A DNA stretch of 53,371 bases. It comes from Chiloscyllium plagiosum (taxonomy: Eukaryota). The position numbers and the translations under genes were made by a program. Shown one piece after another: positions 12,618 through 24,198 of this stretch. How positions within the stretch are numbered: the stretch's first letter is position 1; each line of letters begins with the position of its first letter. The notes beneath the pieces are model-generated. The model was given only the letters and a program-made list of their open reading frames with translations. It searched no databases and was not told the DNA's origin. The stretch lies in NCBI RefSeq assembly GCF_004010195.1, contig NC_057719.1, forward strand, positions 15,750,262 to 15,803,632. Direction: 5' to 3'.

Positions 12618-12909
12618 TCATCCAACATTCCCGAAAACTGCTATTTCTGTCCTTCATTTTCACAGGAACATGCCAGTACTGCACTCTAATCAACTGGTCT
12701 TTAAATGACCTGTACATGTCAGATGTGGATTTAATGTCAAACAGCCACTCCCAATCCACATTCTTCAATTCTTGCCTAATTCAGTTACAGTTGGCCTTTC
12801 CCAAATTAACACCTTCATTCAAGGTCATCTCTTGTATCTGAAAACTTACAGAATTATGATCGCTAGTGCCAAAATGCTCCCCCACTGAAACTTTGATCAC
12901 CTGGCCAGG

Positions 12910-14530
12910 TGATCCAACAGATCATTGATTCAATAATTTCCAGTTTTCATTTTCTAGCTCCCTCCTCTTCACCATGGATGTGCAATCTCTCTATACATCC
13001 ATTTACCGTTGGGATGGTCTCAAAGCTCTCTGCTTCTACCTTGAAAAGAAGTCTGTACACTCTGAATGCACAACTACCCTCCTTAGTCTGGCTGAGCTTG
13101 TTCTCACATTGAACAATGTCTCCTTTAACTCAAATAGAAAATTACGTGAAAATCTCAGCATGTCCGGCAGCATCTGCGGAAAGAAATCAGAGTTAACGCT
13201 TTGGGCCAAGCGAAAGAGCAGCACCCGAAATGTTAACCCTGATTTCTCTCCACAGCTCCTGCCTCACCTGCCAAGATTTTCCAACAATTTCTGTCTTTGT
13301 TTCAGATTTCCAGTATCTGCAGTTCTTACATTTTTTTTCTCTTTCACCTCATCTTATTTTCCCTGAGTCAAAGGTCTGGCTGTTGGATACCCATATTGGT
13401 TCCATCTATGCCTTTCTCTTTGTGGGGAATGTTGAACATTCCTTGCTCCAGTCTTCCATGGCCACCATTTACAACTTTTTCTCTAGTGCATGGATGATAC
13501 CTTCAGTGTTGCTTCCTGCTCTCATTCAAACATTTTATCAGTTTTACTTCCAATCTCCATCCTTTTCTCACTGTCACTTGATCCATCGTTGACCATTCCC
13601 TGATTTGATTTAATTGTTTTGATTTCTAAGGATAGATTTTCCCCCAATATCTATTGTATGTCCACCAACTCCCAGATTTATTTCAACTACATCTCCTCAC
13701 ACCCTGCTTCCTACAGGATTCCATTCCATTCTCCTAGATTCTCCATCTCTATAACATCTATTCTGAAGATACTACTTTCCTCTGAACTGTCTCCGACATG
13801 ATGTCCTTTTTCCTCAACCAAGGATTCACCCCCATTGTGGTTGACAGGGCCTTTAGCTGCGTCCAATCCATCTCTTGCACTTCTGCCCTCACTCCTTCCT
13901 CCCCTTTCGAGAACAACAATAATTTTCCTCTTGTCCTTACTTCAAATCCCACTTGTCTTTACAATAAAATAATCATTTTATGCTGTTTCCATCAGCTCCA
14001 GCAGATGCCACTATCAAACTCATCTTCCTCTCCAATCCTTTGTCAGCATTCCACTGTGACACTCTTGTCCACTCCTCCATCACTCCCTACACTTCCTCAC
14101 TACACTATGAAACTTGCCTATGCAATCACAGAGGTATAACCTTTGCTCACTCATCTCCTCCCTCTTCTCTGTCCAAGATCCCAAACACACCTTCCAGATG
14201 AAGCAGCAATTCACTTACACTTCTTTCAATCTAGTCTACTAAATTCACTCCTCATAATGTGGTCTCCTTTACATTGCCAAGACCAAACATAGACTAGGTG
14301 ACTGCTTTGTGGAACACTTCTACTCTGTAGGAATGACCATGACCTTCCATTTGCTTGCTTTTTGAATAAACCATCTTGCTTTCATGCTAATATTTCTGCC
14401 CTGGACCTGCTGGAATTTTCCAGCAAAGCACATCACAAGCTCAAGGAACATAACCTTACTTTTGAAATAGGCACTTTACAACTGCAAGGTCTCAATATTG
14501 AATTCCATAATTTCAGAAACTGATCACATT
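12910..14530 (+). mobile_element. Old, degenerate PLE (RT to GIY-YIG)
   Basis: LFTMDVQSLYTSI, ELVLTLNN and tgtggtctcctttacattg (CGLLYI); colinear with 4276-5638. Confidence 0.85.
13135..13330. mobile_element. Inverted-arm PLE terminal-repeat insertion (family C) nested in the older PLE
   Basis: gaaatcagagttaacg...tgttaaccctgatttc inverted arms followed by the ttcagatttccagtatctgcagtt tail. Confidence 0.65.
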
Positions 14531-14721
14531 GTCATTCTCCATTTTTTAAATGTTCTCTCCCCTGCATGCCCTCCACCGCCTTGCTTGTGTCTCGTTTACT
14601 TTGCCCTTAGGATGCACTCTCTCCCTTTCACATCTTACTCTAGTCCCATCTTACTTTGTTTTTCCCCTTTCTTCACCATAAACAACTCCTTTCTCTTTTG
14701 CCGTGGGCATCTGCCTCCCCA

Positions 14722-14820
14722 GAGGTAAAAAGCAGAGGGCTTTTGCCCGGAATGTCGATTTTGCTGCTCCTTGGATGCTGCCTGACCTGCTGTGCTCTTC
14801 CAGCATCACTAATCCAGAAA
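14722..14820 (+). mobile_element. Short PLE terminal-repeat insertion (family A), degenerate hammerhead
   Basis: agggcttttgcccggaatgtcgattttgctgctccttggatgctgcc. Confidence 0.8.
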
Positions 14821-15375
14821 CTGGAAGAGAACTGTCAAGTGTAGTCTGCTACTTGGAACATTTTTCAGTTCTGAAGATGAATCAGAATGGACCTGAAACA
14901 CTAATTCTAATGCTCTCTCTGGAGCTACTGCCAGACCTGCTGCTGTTCTCCACCATTCTCTGTGTTTGCCCCAATTCCTTCACCTTTTCCTGTGTTTAAG
15001 GCAAATGTTACCACTAGGTGGGGCATCAAGCACGCATGCACAGAATCACAGCACTGCAGTGTTATGTCAGAAGGATATAAGGGGAAAGAGGAGCAATTGA
15101 TTGAACAGACACTAAATTCGGGTGGGGTAGGATCCAAGCCTCAGAGTGCTTAACAGTTATTCAATGTAATTCTGACTAAATAAGAGACAGTGTGTAAATG
15201 GGATGGTTGAGGTTTGTCTGATGCTCTGTGTCTTCTCTGATCTGGAACTATTATACTGACACTTCTATGCATTGGCATTGCATACTGTACTTGCATTACA
15301 GGATGCACTGGCAACAACCATTGAAAGGCTGCAGTTGGACACGTTATGCTCAAAGATACGCACTCTGTTCACAAG

Positions 15376-15510
15376 TTCTGAGGAAGGGTCATGCGACTCA
15401 AAACATTAACATTGATTTCTCTCCACAGATGTTGCCAGATCTGCTGAGCTTTTCCAGCAATTTATGTTTTTTGTTTCTGATTTACAGTATCCACAGTTCA
15501 TGTGGTTTTA
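15376..15510 (+). mobile_element. PLE terminal-repeat insertion (family C), degenerate hammerhead
   Basis: CTGAGGA-agggtcatgcgactc-aaaacatt followed by the family C tail. Confidence 0.65.
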
Positions 15511-15539
15511 TCCAGTTCACAGACTGGACTAGGCTGCAT

Positions 15540-18250
15540 CTTAGGGAAGCTTGTTTGCTGTCTGAGCACTTGCTCACCTGGCTCCTACCCGCTTTCCCAC
15601 AGCATCCCTGCCTTGCCTTTCTATGCCAATCAGCACAGTCACAGAAACAGGCAGCTGCTTGCTGTTAAGAAGTCTTCAGACTGGGGATGGTATATCTTGT
15701 AGAACATCAATGTGCTATGTTGACCTCAGACCCTTACCCTGTGTCAGCAGCATGTGTAGTGTGCAGGCAGGCAAGTTTCAGAGCTTTGGGTGCAGTCCTC
15801 ACTGAGTCCACTGAGGCAACAGCCTGTCAGGGGGTCCTGGCACTGTAAGTTAAGGGTAGTCTCTCATACCAGTCAAGGGAGTTGATCATGGTTAGGCATC
15901 TGGTTATGGTGTGCATACCTCTGCTGTCAACAATGTGGGTTACAGTCAGTGCATTGCTTCTGTAATCACAAGTCCGCAGAGTGGTCGGACAAACTTAGTT
16001 GGGGTGATGTATTGGCACCAGTCAGTAGTCTGGGTACATCTTGTCCAGGGCTCTCCATTCATGTTGGTTAAGGGTTGAGCCATGGTCAATTTATTGAGTC
16101 CATCTGCAGAAACTAAGAGGAAAGAGGGGTGCAAGTGTGGCCATTCCTGCAGGTCTTGGCAGTTAAGTCTTTAGGACAGAAGATTGCAAGCTCTGAGCAA
16201 GAGTGCAGTATAATTGTGAAGAGGACAGTAAGAATTGCAAGAGGGATTACAGTAAAGAACAATTTGGAAGGTGTAATAGTGAGTGGTGTGGCTGGTCATC
16301 TACAAACTGGAGCAACCTAGTTACAAGGGGGTAGGGGCAATGAATGACCATATAGGTATGTTCACCTCATATACCCTGGGGCTGGTTGGAAAACATAGGT
16401 GGATGTTGGTGTATGTTAATGGATTTGTGCAAGGACTTGGAGAAGCATGAAGTACTTGGGAATAATGGGATGAGTTATAAGAAAGCCATGGACAAGGAGT
16501 GGTCACTCAGTTGCTTTCCATTATGCTGGAAATCAAAAGTGCATAATGGGGAAGAAAACATCTGGAGCACATGCAATATGGGAGGCATTAGTGACCTGAG
16601 TTGTTAGGGATGGGGCTGCAGCAAACACTGATCATAGGGAAAGAACATTGGTCATGTGTCCATTCAATGTATAGCACACAAGCACGCAGGCTGTCTACCC
16701 CCTTAGGCAATCGTACAGAATTGTTCCTCTTTGTGGTGAAGCTTAGGCTTTAGGTTACACTCTAGGTGAGAAACAAAGTTATACATATATAATCCCTATA
16801 GATACCACGCACTTAAATTTATTGAGCGCACACTGGTGGAAAAGTCATGCCCTTCCCCAGCAAAAGGGGTTGGATAGACTCTCCATTCCCAAATATGACA
16901 ATAAACTTATCTGCTACATTTGAGAGGTAGGAAGTTACTTTTGCCGTTGACAAGATTGCCTCATAACTGTCATGGACCTTGTTCAGTTCCCCTGCTCCCA
17001 CCACTATGTTTTTACAGACATTACAGCTACAGTCAAAATCACAGCTTTGTCTGCCATACTCTCATTTCAGCTCCATTTGCAATATTGACCTGGTGAACCC
17101 TGATAAACTCTATGGTTTATTTAAATTCCAGGAATCCACCAGAAGGTGTTCCATCTTTTAGCATGAAAGAACATCGTCTTCTAGGCATTACTTCCACTCT
17201 TGGATACCTTCCTTTCTGGCCTGGTGTGGTGGCAAGATCCCTTTTCATTCTTAGCTGTTCCATTTGACCTTTTTTTTTTGCACCATCCCACTATCTATCT
17301 TTCTCAGGTTTGCGGTGACGATGACAGAAAGGGTTTCTCTTGGAATAATGGCTTGTGGACAATGTTGTAATTGTCATCTGGCTGTTGGAACCTTTTGGTC
17401 CTCTAGGAAGGATTGATGTACGGAGTGAATTTTTAAATTCTTGAGGGAAAATTACCTCCCTGAAGTTTTAATATGTGGAGTCTACTTCAAATGTTCGCTT
17501 CCAATGATCACAGGCTAATTGTTTTACTCTCTCAAATTCTACGAGTCTGCCCAGGCCACTTTCAAAATTGCTGGCTATAAGCCCTAGTGACTAACTCATA
17601 ACACAGAGGATTGTCTTTTTTGGCCCTTCCATAATCTGTTTCCTCAGAAATTATGAATTCTTCAGAACTTTGTGAGTTTCGTACAAGAGCAAGATCGTGC
17701 AACCTACTCTCTGTAAGCAGTGTCCAGCTTTCTACATTCCAGTTTAGCAATGTTCTTGAAACAAAATGAAAAATACATTAAATTCCCTTTGTCAAATTTC
17801 TCAAATGTTTGAGAAATGATTTGGTGACAGATCTCTCCCCATCTGTAGTACCACAGAATTCATGGAGATCCTCCTTTCTTAGTTCCAATATATACAAATG
17901 TATAATCTTTTCTCATTCCTTTCTCCCTTGCCCCTCTGCTTTTTCCTTTCAAAGTGTCCTTTCTCTTAAATTTTCCTATCTTTTTCTCTCTGAAATGCTT
18001 TCTTTTTTACTTTTTCTCCCACGTCTTCTGAACATCATGTTATCCTCTTCTGTTTGAACTCAATCCTTACTAATGCCACCTGGTCCACTTCCAGTACAAC
18101 ACTTCCCTCTTACTCCTAATTTAATACGGAGATGTTGACTGCTAACTTTATGATTTCTTTTGTCTTAGCTTTTGATCTAAATTTTTTCTTCAACCGTCCA
18201 GCTTCACTTTCCAGTTCATCAGTGAGCTATGTCTTTAAGGTATTAAAATG
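15540..18250 (-). mobile_element. Highly decayed Gypsy LTR-retrotransposon internal region (gag, protease, integrase remnants)
   Basis: SWTLL..SRL...DY..AK....YELVTRAYSQQF resembles Gypsy gag YELVPEAYRQKF; KFIVIFGNGESIQPLLL resembles protease ILRDTGAxQSLL. Confidence 0.55.
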
Positions 18251-18293
18251 TATCCCACTCTGCTACAAAACACATTTGATTCAAAACTAGATA

Positions 18294-18467
18294 CAGAGGA
18301 ACCTTGATTATCCGAAGGACACAGGCGGGGAGTATTTTGTTTGGTTAATCAAATGCTGGATACTCGAATGCCAGATAACATAGTTAGCCAAGCATTGGGA
18401 CCTTGCGATCTTGTCCGGATAATCCGAAATTCGGTTAATCAAATGCCAGATAATTGAAGTTCATCTG
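18294..18467. mobile_element. Tc1/mariner-pogo type MITE
   Basis: TA|cagaggaaccttgattatc...gataattgaagttcatctg|TA: terminal inverted repeats and TA target duplication, 174 bp. Confidence 0.85.
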
Positions 18468-18681
18468 TACTTCAAGAAACCTCTACCGGCATTTTAAAAA
18501 GAAAATACCCCTCCCCCCCACTTCCAATTACACATTTTTGTTTATGGCTTATTATGACATTTGTTATGACTGAGGTTAGAGAGGAACAGTTTTCTTTTTC
18601 TCGTCACTGTCCTTCGCTTGTTAAAATAAATTAAGTTTAATCAGATTGGACATTATGGTGAATTATTTGGGTCATGGATGA

Positions 18682-18743
18682 GGGCTCTTGTGGTGCAGTG
18701 GTAATGTCCTTACAACTGAACCAGAAGGTCTGGGTTCAAGTTC
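18682..18743 (+). mobile_element. tRNA-derived SINE head; body probably resumes at about 20398-20455
   Basis: A box tggtgcagtgg and B box ggttcaagttc; an uninterrupted decayed relative lies at about 8317-8415. Confidence 0.55.
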
Positions 18744-18789
18744 TGGATTAAAGTAGCAGGACAGATAGATTTTTAATTCTATTTTATTT

Positions 18790-19085
18790 AACTCATTCTT
18801 GGGAAGAGGGCATCATTAGCTCAGCCAGCATTTACTGCCTATCCCAGGAGGTAGTTAAGAATCTACCACATTGCTAAAGGTCTGGAGTCCAGGCAACAAT
18901 GGCAGTTTCCTTCCCTTAAAGAAATTAGTAAACCATGGATTTTTTCTAACAATTAGACTATTCATTCCAGATTTTTATTCAATACAAATTCCATCATCTG
19001 CCATTGCAGGATTTGAATATGGTCTCCAGAACATTTCCTGGGTATTTGGATTAACAGTCCAGTAATAAAGACCAGTAGGCCTTCC
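18790..19085 (-). mobile_element. tRNA-derived SINE with a LINE-shared 3' tail
   Basis: Reverse B box (ggatttgaa) near 19010; tail resembles the LINE end at 45515-45570. Confidence 0.55.
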
Positions 19086-19109
19086 CATAACATGGAATTG
19101 GAGAAATAA

Positions 19110-20390
19110 AGTGGTTAAGGAGACATGAAATACTTGCCTTTATTGGATAAGACATAGAGTTTAAGAGCAGGGAGGTGATGCTGGCACTGCATAAAATGTT
19201 GGTTAGGCCACGGAAAGAGTATCATGTGCAGGTCAGGAATCCACATTATAAGCGGGAGGTGATTGCACTGGAAAGGGTGCAGAGGTGATTTACCAGGATG
19301 CTGCCTGGGCTGGAGAGTTTTAGATATTGAGAGAGATTGGACAGACTGGGGTTGTTCTTTAGAGCAGAGGAGACTGAGGCAGAACATGATTGAGATATAT
19401 AAAATTATGAGGAGCAGAGACAAGATGGATGGGAAGAACATTTTCTCCTTGGTGGATGGATCAATGGCCGAGGCATAGATTTAAAGCAAGGACATTTAGC
19501 GGGGATGTGAAGAAAACCTTTTCCATCCAGAGGCTGGTGGGAATCTAAACTCACTGACAGTAAGTGTAGCTAAGGCAGAAACTCTTATAACATACTGCAC
19601 TGGAGAGTGTCCAGTGGAGATTCCCATGGATGATCTCTGGAATGGTAGGCCTAACATATGATGATTGGCTGAGGATCCTGGGATTGTATTCAATAGAGTT
19701 TACAAGGTTTAGGGAATATCTAATAGAAACTTAAAAGATAATACATGGATTAGAAAGAGTGGATGCTGGGAAGTTGCTTCCGTTAAGCGGGGAGACTAGG
19801 ATCCATGGGCACAGCCTTAAAATTAGAGAGGGTCAATTTAGAATGGAAATGAGGAGACATTGAAGGGCTTGTGCCGAAACGTCCATTTTCCTGCTCCTTG
19901 GATGCTGCCTGACCTGCTGTGCTTTTCCAGCACCACTCTAATGTAGACTCTGATCTCCAGAATCTGCAGTCCTCACTTTTGCCTAGACGTTTCTTCAGCC
20001 AGAGAGTGGTGGGCCTGTGGAATTCATTGCCATGGAGCGAAGTGGAGGCTGGGACATTGGGTGTCTTCAAGGCAAAGATTGATAAATTCTTGATCTTGCA
20101 CGGAATTAAGGGCTATGGGGACAGTGCGGGTAAGTGGAGTTGAAACACCCATCAGCCATGATTAAATGGCAGAGTGGACTCGATGAGCTGAATGGCCTTG
20201 CTTCCATTGCTATGTCTTATGGTCTAACATTTAAGGAATATTTAGATGTATACTTGCGATGCAAAGGTATGGAAGGCCATGGGTCAAGTGCTAGTAAATG
20301 GGATGAGAAGTGTTAATGGTTGTTTTGACCAGTGTAGACTCAATGAGCCAAAGGGCTTTTTTTACTGTGCTGTAGACCTTTATGACTTTA
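19110..20390 (+). mobile_element. Nested CR1 3' fragments
   Basis: SLEQRRLRQNMIEIYKIM and FFSQRVVGLWNSLP motifs; two different 3' tails. Confidence 0.8.
19861..19984 (+). mobile_element. Short PLE terminal-repeat insertion (family A) within CR1
   Basis: tgaagggcttgtgccgaaacgtc...ctgcagtcctcacttttgcct; flanks agacat/agacgt. Confidence 0.8.
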
Positions 20391-21054
20391 TAACAAAGTT
20401 CCACCTGCTCCAGGTATGTGTCATAATGTGTCTGAACAGGTTGGTGATTAAAAGTATTGATAGATCTCAGATTATATTAGGTATAGTATTAAGAAAAAGT
20501 CTGTCAGATTTCTTTATTTGACAGCAAATAGTTAATTTATTATCAAAAATGCACTTACTTAAACAAGAATCGAAATATCATTGACAATTTAGATGATGCA
20601 AGTATATGCTTACAACAAATATACCCTTTTTAAAAATCTAACACATCAACAAGCACAAACGCAAGTCTGAGGAGAGAGAAAAAAAAAGCTGTAAATTGTT
20701 AATTAATTAATTGAAGAAATAATAGTTAAACTTAAAAAAAAGTCATAGATTGTCCCGAATGGTGTTCTGATCTTGAAGTTAGTCTGAACACACACCAGCT
20801 GCTGGCTTGGAATGTCATTCTGGAACAGTGGTATTGGTTGAATTTCCTTTGCTTTGGACGGGGAGGTGGATTCCAACGAAGCCTCTCCAGGAATCCTCCA
20901 TGAAGTGTGAAGATGTATACTGGTACATTTTTAGCTTATGCACTTTTCTGAGGGAAGTTACAAAGAAAGCAAGATGGAACTGTTATTTTTCAGGGAGGTC
21001 AAATTCACTTCTTGAAATGAAATAGTCTCATAAAATGTATCTTGTGTCCCTTAA

Positions 21055-22160
21055 GACTTTAAAACACAAGAGTAGAAGTAGGCCATTCAGCCCATCAAGT
21101 CTGCTCCACCATTCAATGAGATCATGGCTGATCTATTAATCCTCAAATTCAAATTTCCTGCCTTTTCCTATAATCACTGATTTCTTTACTAATTGCAAAT
21201 TGCCTATCTCAGCCTTGAATACATTTAACAACCTAAGCTTTACAAGCCTCTGCAATAAAGGATCCAACAGATTGACCACCATCTGTAAGAAGTAATTCCT
21301 CCTCAAATCTGCCTTAAATTGCTGCTTTCTTATTATGAGATTATGCCTTCTAGTCTTAAACATTTTCATGGGGCAACAATCTCTCCAAATCTATCCTGTC
21401 AAGTGCCCTACAACTCTGTATGCTTCGATAAGGTCTCACTCATTCTCCTAAACCCCAATAAGTATACACCCAACATGCTTAATCTCTCACTTGTGTGAAC
21501 CTGTGTACTAGCTTTTTATGATTCACACGTGAAGATCCCGCTGTTTTACCACTTCCTGAAAATTTCTCAGTTTAAATAATATTTAGATCATTTATCCTGC
21601 CTACCAAAGTACACAATCTCACATTTGCCCACATTATTTTCCATCTGCTAGATTTTTGCCTACTTAGGGCGGCATGGTGGCACAGTGGTTAGCACTGCTG
21701 CCTCACAGCACCAGAGACCTGGGTTCAATTGCCGCCTCAGGCGACTGATTGTGTGGAGTTTATACATTCTCCCCGTGTCTGCGTGGGTTTCCTCTGGTGC
21801 TCCGGTTTCCTCCCACAATCCAAAGATGTGCAGGTCAGGTGAATTAGCCATGCTAAACTGCCCGTAGTGTTAGGTGAAGGGGTAAATGCAGAGGTATGGG
21901 TGTGTTGCGCTTCGGTGGGTTGGTGCGGACTTGTTGGGCCAAAGGGCCTGTTTCCACACTGTAATCTAATCTAATCTTAATCTATGTATATCCCTTTGCT
22001 CTTTGTCCATTTGTGTCATCCACAAACTTGGTGATAGCACATTCACTTTCATCATGTAAGTCATTAAAATATATTATGAATAATTGTGGTTCCAGCACTG
22101 ATCCCAGTGACACTCCTTGAATTATAAGTTGCCATCCTGAAAATGTCTCCTTATCCTACT
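21055..22160 (-). mobile_element. CR1 LINE fragment interrupted by HE1
   Basis: LRRNYFLQMVVNL motif and reversed CR1 tail at 21055-21135. Confidence 0.8.
21667..21976 (+). mobile_element. HE1 SINE, full length
   Basis: gggcggcatggtggcacagtggttagc (A box), ggttcaattgc (B box), V-domain, (taatc)n tail. Confidence 0.93.
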
Positions 22161-22275
22161 TCACTGGGAAGGAGGATGCTTGGATTCTGGAGAGAGGTAG
22201 TGAGCACTTGGTGGAGAGGAGATATGCATTTGCAAGAGGGTGATGAGGATTCTGCTGAATGGTGACTTGGAAGGT

Positions 22276-22892
22276 TGTTATGGACCAGGCCAGACTCCCT
22301 CAAAACATTTCAAGGAAGCAGCCCAGACCCTAACTTTGCTAGTTGTTTTAAGCAGGTATAGTTTGGATATTCCAGAAGGGATGCAGCTGGCCTAACCACT
22401 TAGCTTTAAACAAAACAGAATTTTACAAGATTACCAAATAAAACATAAATAAAAGAGAACAGAATAGAGAATATCTTAACCTATCTGAAAACCCAACAGA
22501 TTATCCCAATTTAATGATGCTCTTCCAAATGTTTGTAACAATCCCCATAAATGCCCTTTGGCACAAAAGGAAAAATCAAGCACAGGGTCTTACAGGAGAG
22601 AGAGAGATGGCAGCACGGAACACCCAATTCCAGATAGCTGTTTCTTGGATCAGCAACCTCAAACTGACCTGATTGCTTTCAGTGAACAGCCAGATTGCCA
22701 AAACCAAACCAAAGCAAACCAGAAAAAAGCTGAGCTGGGAGAACTGGCCATTCCCCTTTCACTTGTACAAGTGTTTTTTTTAAAGCATTCTCAAATAGAT
22801 TAACCCCAGACATTTTGGAGTCTGGGTCTTTACTACCTCCTGAACAAAAAACCAAGGACATGTAATCTTGTTAAAGGAGCAGCCTCATCACA
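22276..22892. mobile_element. Solo LTR (617 bp)
   Basis: TGTTATG...CATCACA termini form an imperfect inverted repeat; flanks aggt/agat fit a 4-bp TSD with one mismatch. Confidence 0.7.
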
Positions 22893-23825
22893 AGATGCTT
22901 ATGCAATCAGCACTGAAACCAACTGATTGGCTGAGGCCTTTGACATCATTGGTTAGAGAATCTATGCCTACACAGCGCATGTAAAATACACAACTGTTCC
23001 TGGCTATTTGACTCGGGGAATTACAATCAGAATCGCACAATGGTTACAGGAGAGATGAAGGCCTTTTGCTTATGGTCTTTGTGCTGGTTCTGTGAAGGAG
23101 CAATTCTCTCTCAAGTTCTCCTTGCAGCATTCTTTTTAAAATAATAATCCACTTCTCTCTTTACTACCTTGATCGAACCTATCTCCATGACCTTCTCAGA
23201 CGATGAATTGCAGATCCTAACCACTCAATGCAGGAAAGAAGTTTTCCATGTCACTATTGCTTCTTTGCCAAATACTCTAAATCAAGGGTGATCAGCTCTT
23301 GGAGAATAGCTTAAGGGCCATCTTTGAATATGAGCTTGAATGAGTGGTTTTTAATCAGGAAATGGTGGAGCTGTGATACTGGAGAACAGTATTGGTGAAG
23401 CTATAAGCTTTTCTAAGCATGAGGTAGTTTGTGCTGGGTACCCTATTGACTGCTCCCGAAAGTCACAGCTCCTACAAGTCATTGCCTTTAACAGCAAACA
23501 ATGGTTGGAGAGGGGAAATTTCAACTTGTCCAATGACCCAATTTGGATATTGGGATCCAGGATTTCCCCAGGAAGCCTGTCTCTCTTTTCCTGCAAACCT
23601 CTAACACTCAGTTCAGACTCCCACCCTCAAGGTAATGGTTCTGGTCTTGTGGTGAATCGTCGTGGATTCCTGGCCTTGAGGTGAATCTTGGCGTGGATTC
23701 CCAGCCTCAAGGTGAATCACAGCATGGATTCCCTGCTTGAGGTGAATCTTGGCACAGATTCCTGGCCTTGAAGTAAATCTCAGGGTGGATTTCTGGCCTC
23801 AAGGCGAAACTCAACACAGATTCCT

Positions 23826-23960
23826 CCTCTAGCTTATCTCTCCACGCTTCAGGCTCTATGCCTTTATTCCTGATGAAGGGCTTTTGCCCGAAACGTCGAT
23901 TTTGCCTGTCCTCGGATGCTGCCTGAATTGCTGTGCTCTTCCAGCACTACTGATCCAGAA
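23826..23960 (+). mobile_element. Short PLE terminal-repeat insertion (family A) with 10-bp TSD acagattcct
   Basis: TSD at 23816-23825 and 23961-23970. Confidence 0.85.
23870..23897 (+). ncRNA. Minimal hammerhead ribozyme core
   Basis: CUGAUGA-A-GGGC-UUUU-GCCC-GAAA-CG-UC; palindromic ACGU in place of stem III; weak stem I. Confidence 0.65.
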
Positions 23961-24198
23961 ACAGATTCCTTGCCTGGGGGTGAACTGATCCAGAAACAGA
24001 TTCCTTGCCTGGGGGTGAAAACAGTGACTGCACAAATCCAATACAAAATCCATCGCAAGAAGATCTGACCATGTGAGATGAAAAGCTACATTATGGGATG
24101 GTCCAAGAAAATCCAGGACTGTTGATCACCCTGCTATATCCTATATCCTCAAGCCTGGAAGTAGTTGCTTCAATGTCTTTGGCACTCTCATATCAAAT

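Larger units (their letters stand above)
10950..12908 (-). mobile_element. CR1 LINE (decayed) with nested plus-strand CR1 3' end at about 11050-11358
   Basis: ttggtatcatccgcaaacttactaat is ISKFADDTK reversed; the nested piece matches the 6310-6610 tail. Confidence 0.85.
23606..24020 (+). repeat. Detached partial copy of the 31-bp VNTR, interrupted by a PLE mini-insertion
   Basis: The unit order at 23739-23824 matches 24812-24893. Confidence 0.85.

Noticed and set aside
21667..21740. tRNA genes at SINE heads (also 18682, 26502, 51451)
   Set aside because: The A and B boxes run into SINE bodies; no acceptor stem or complete cloverleaf.
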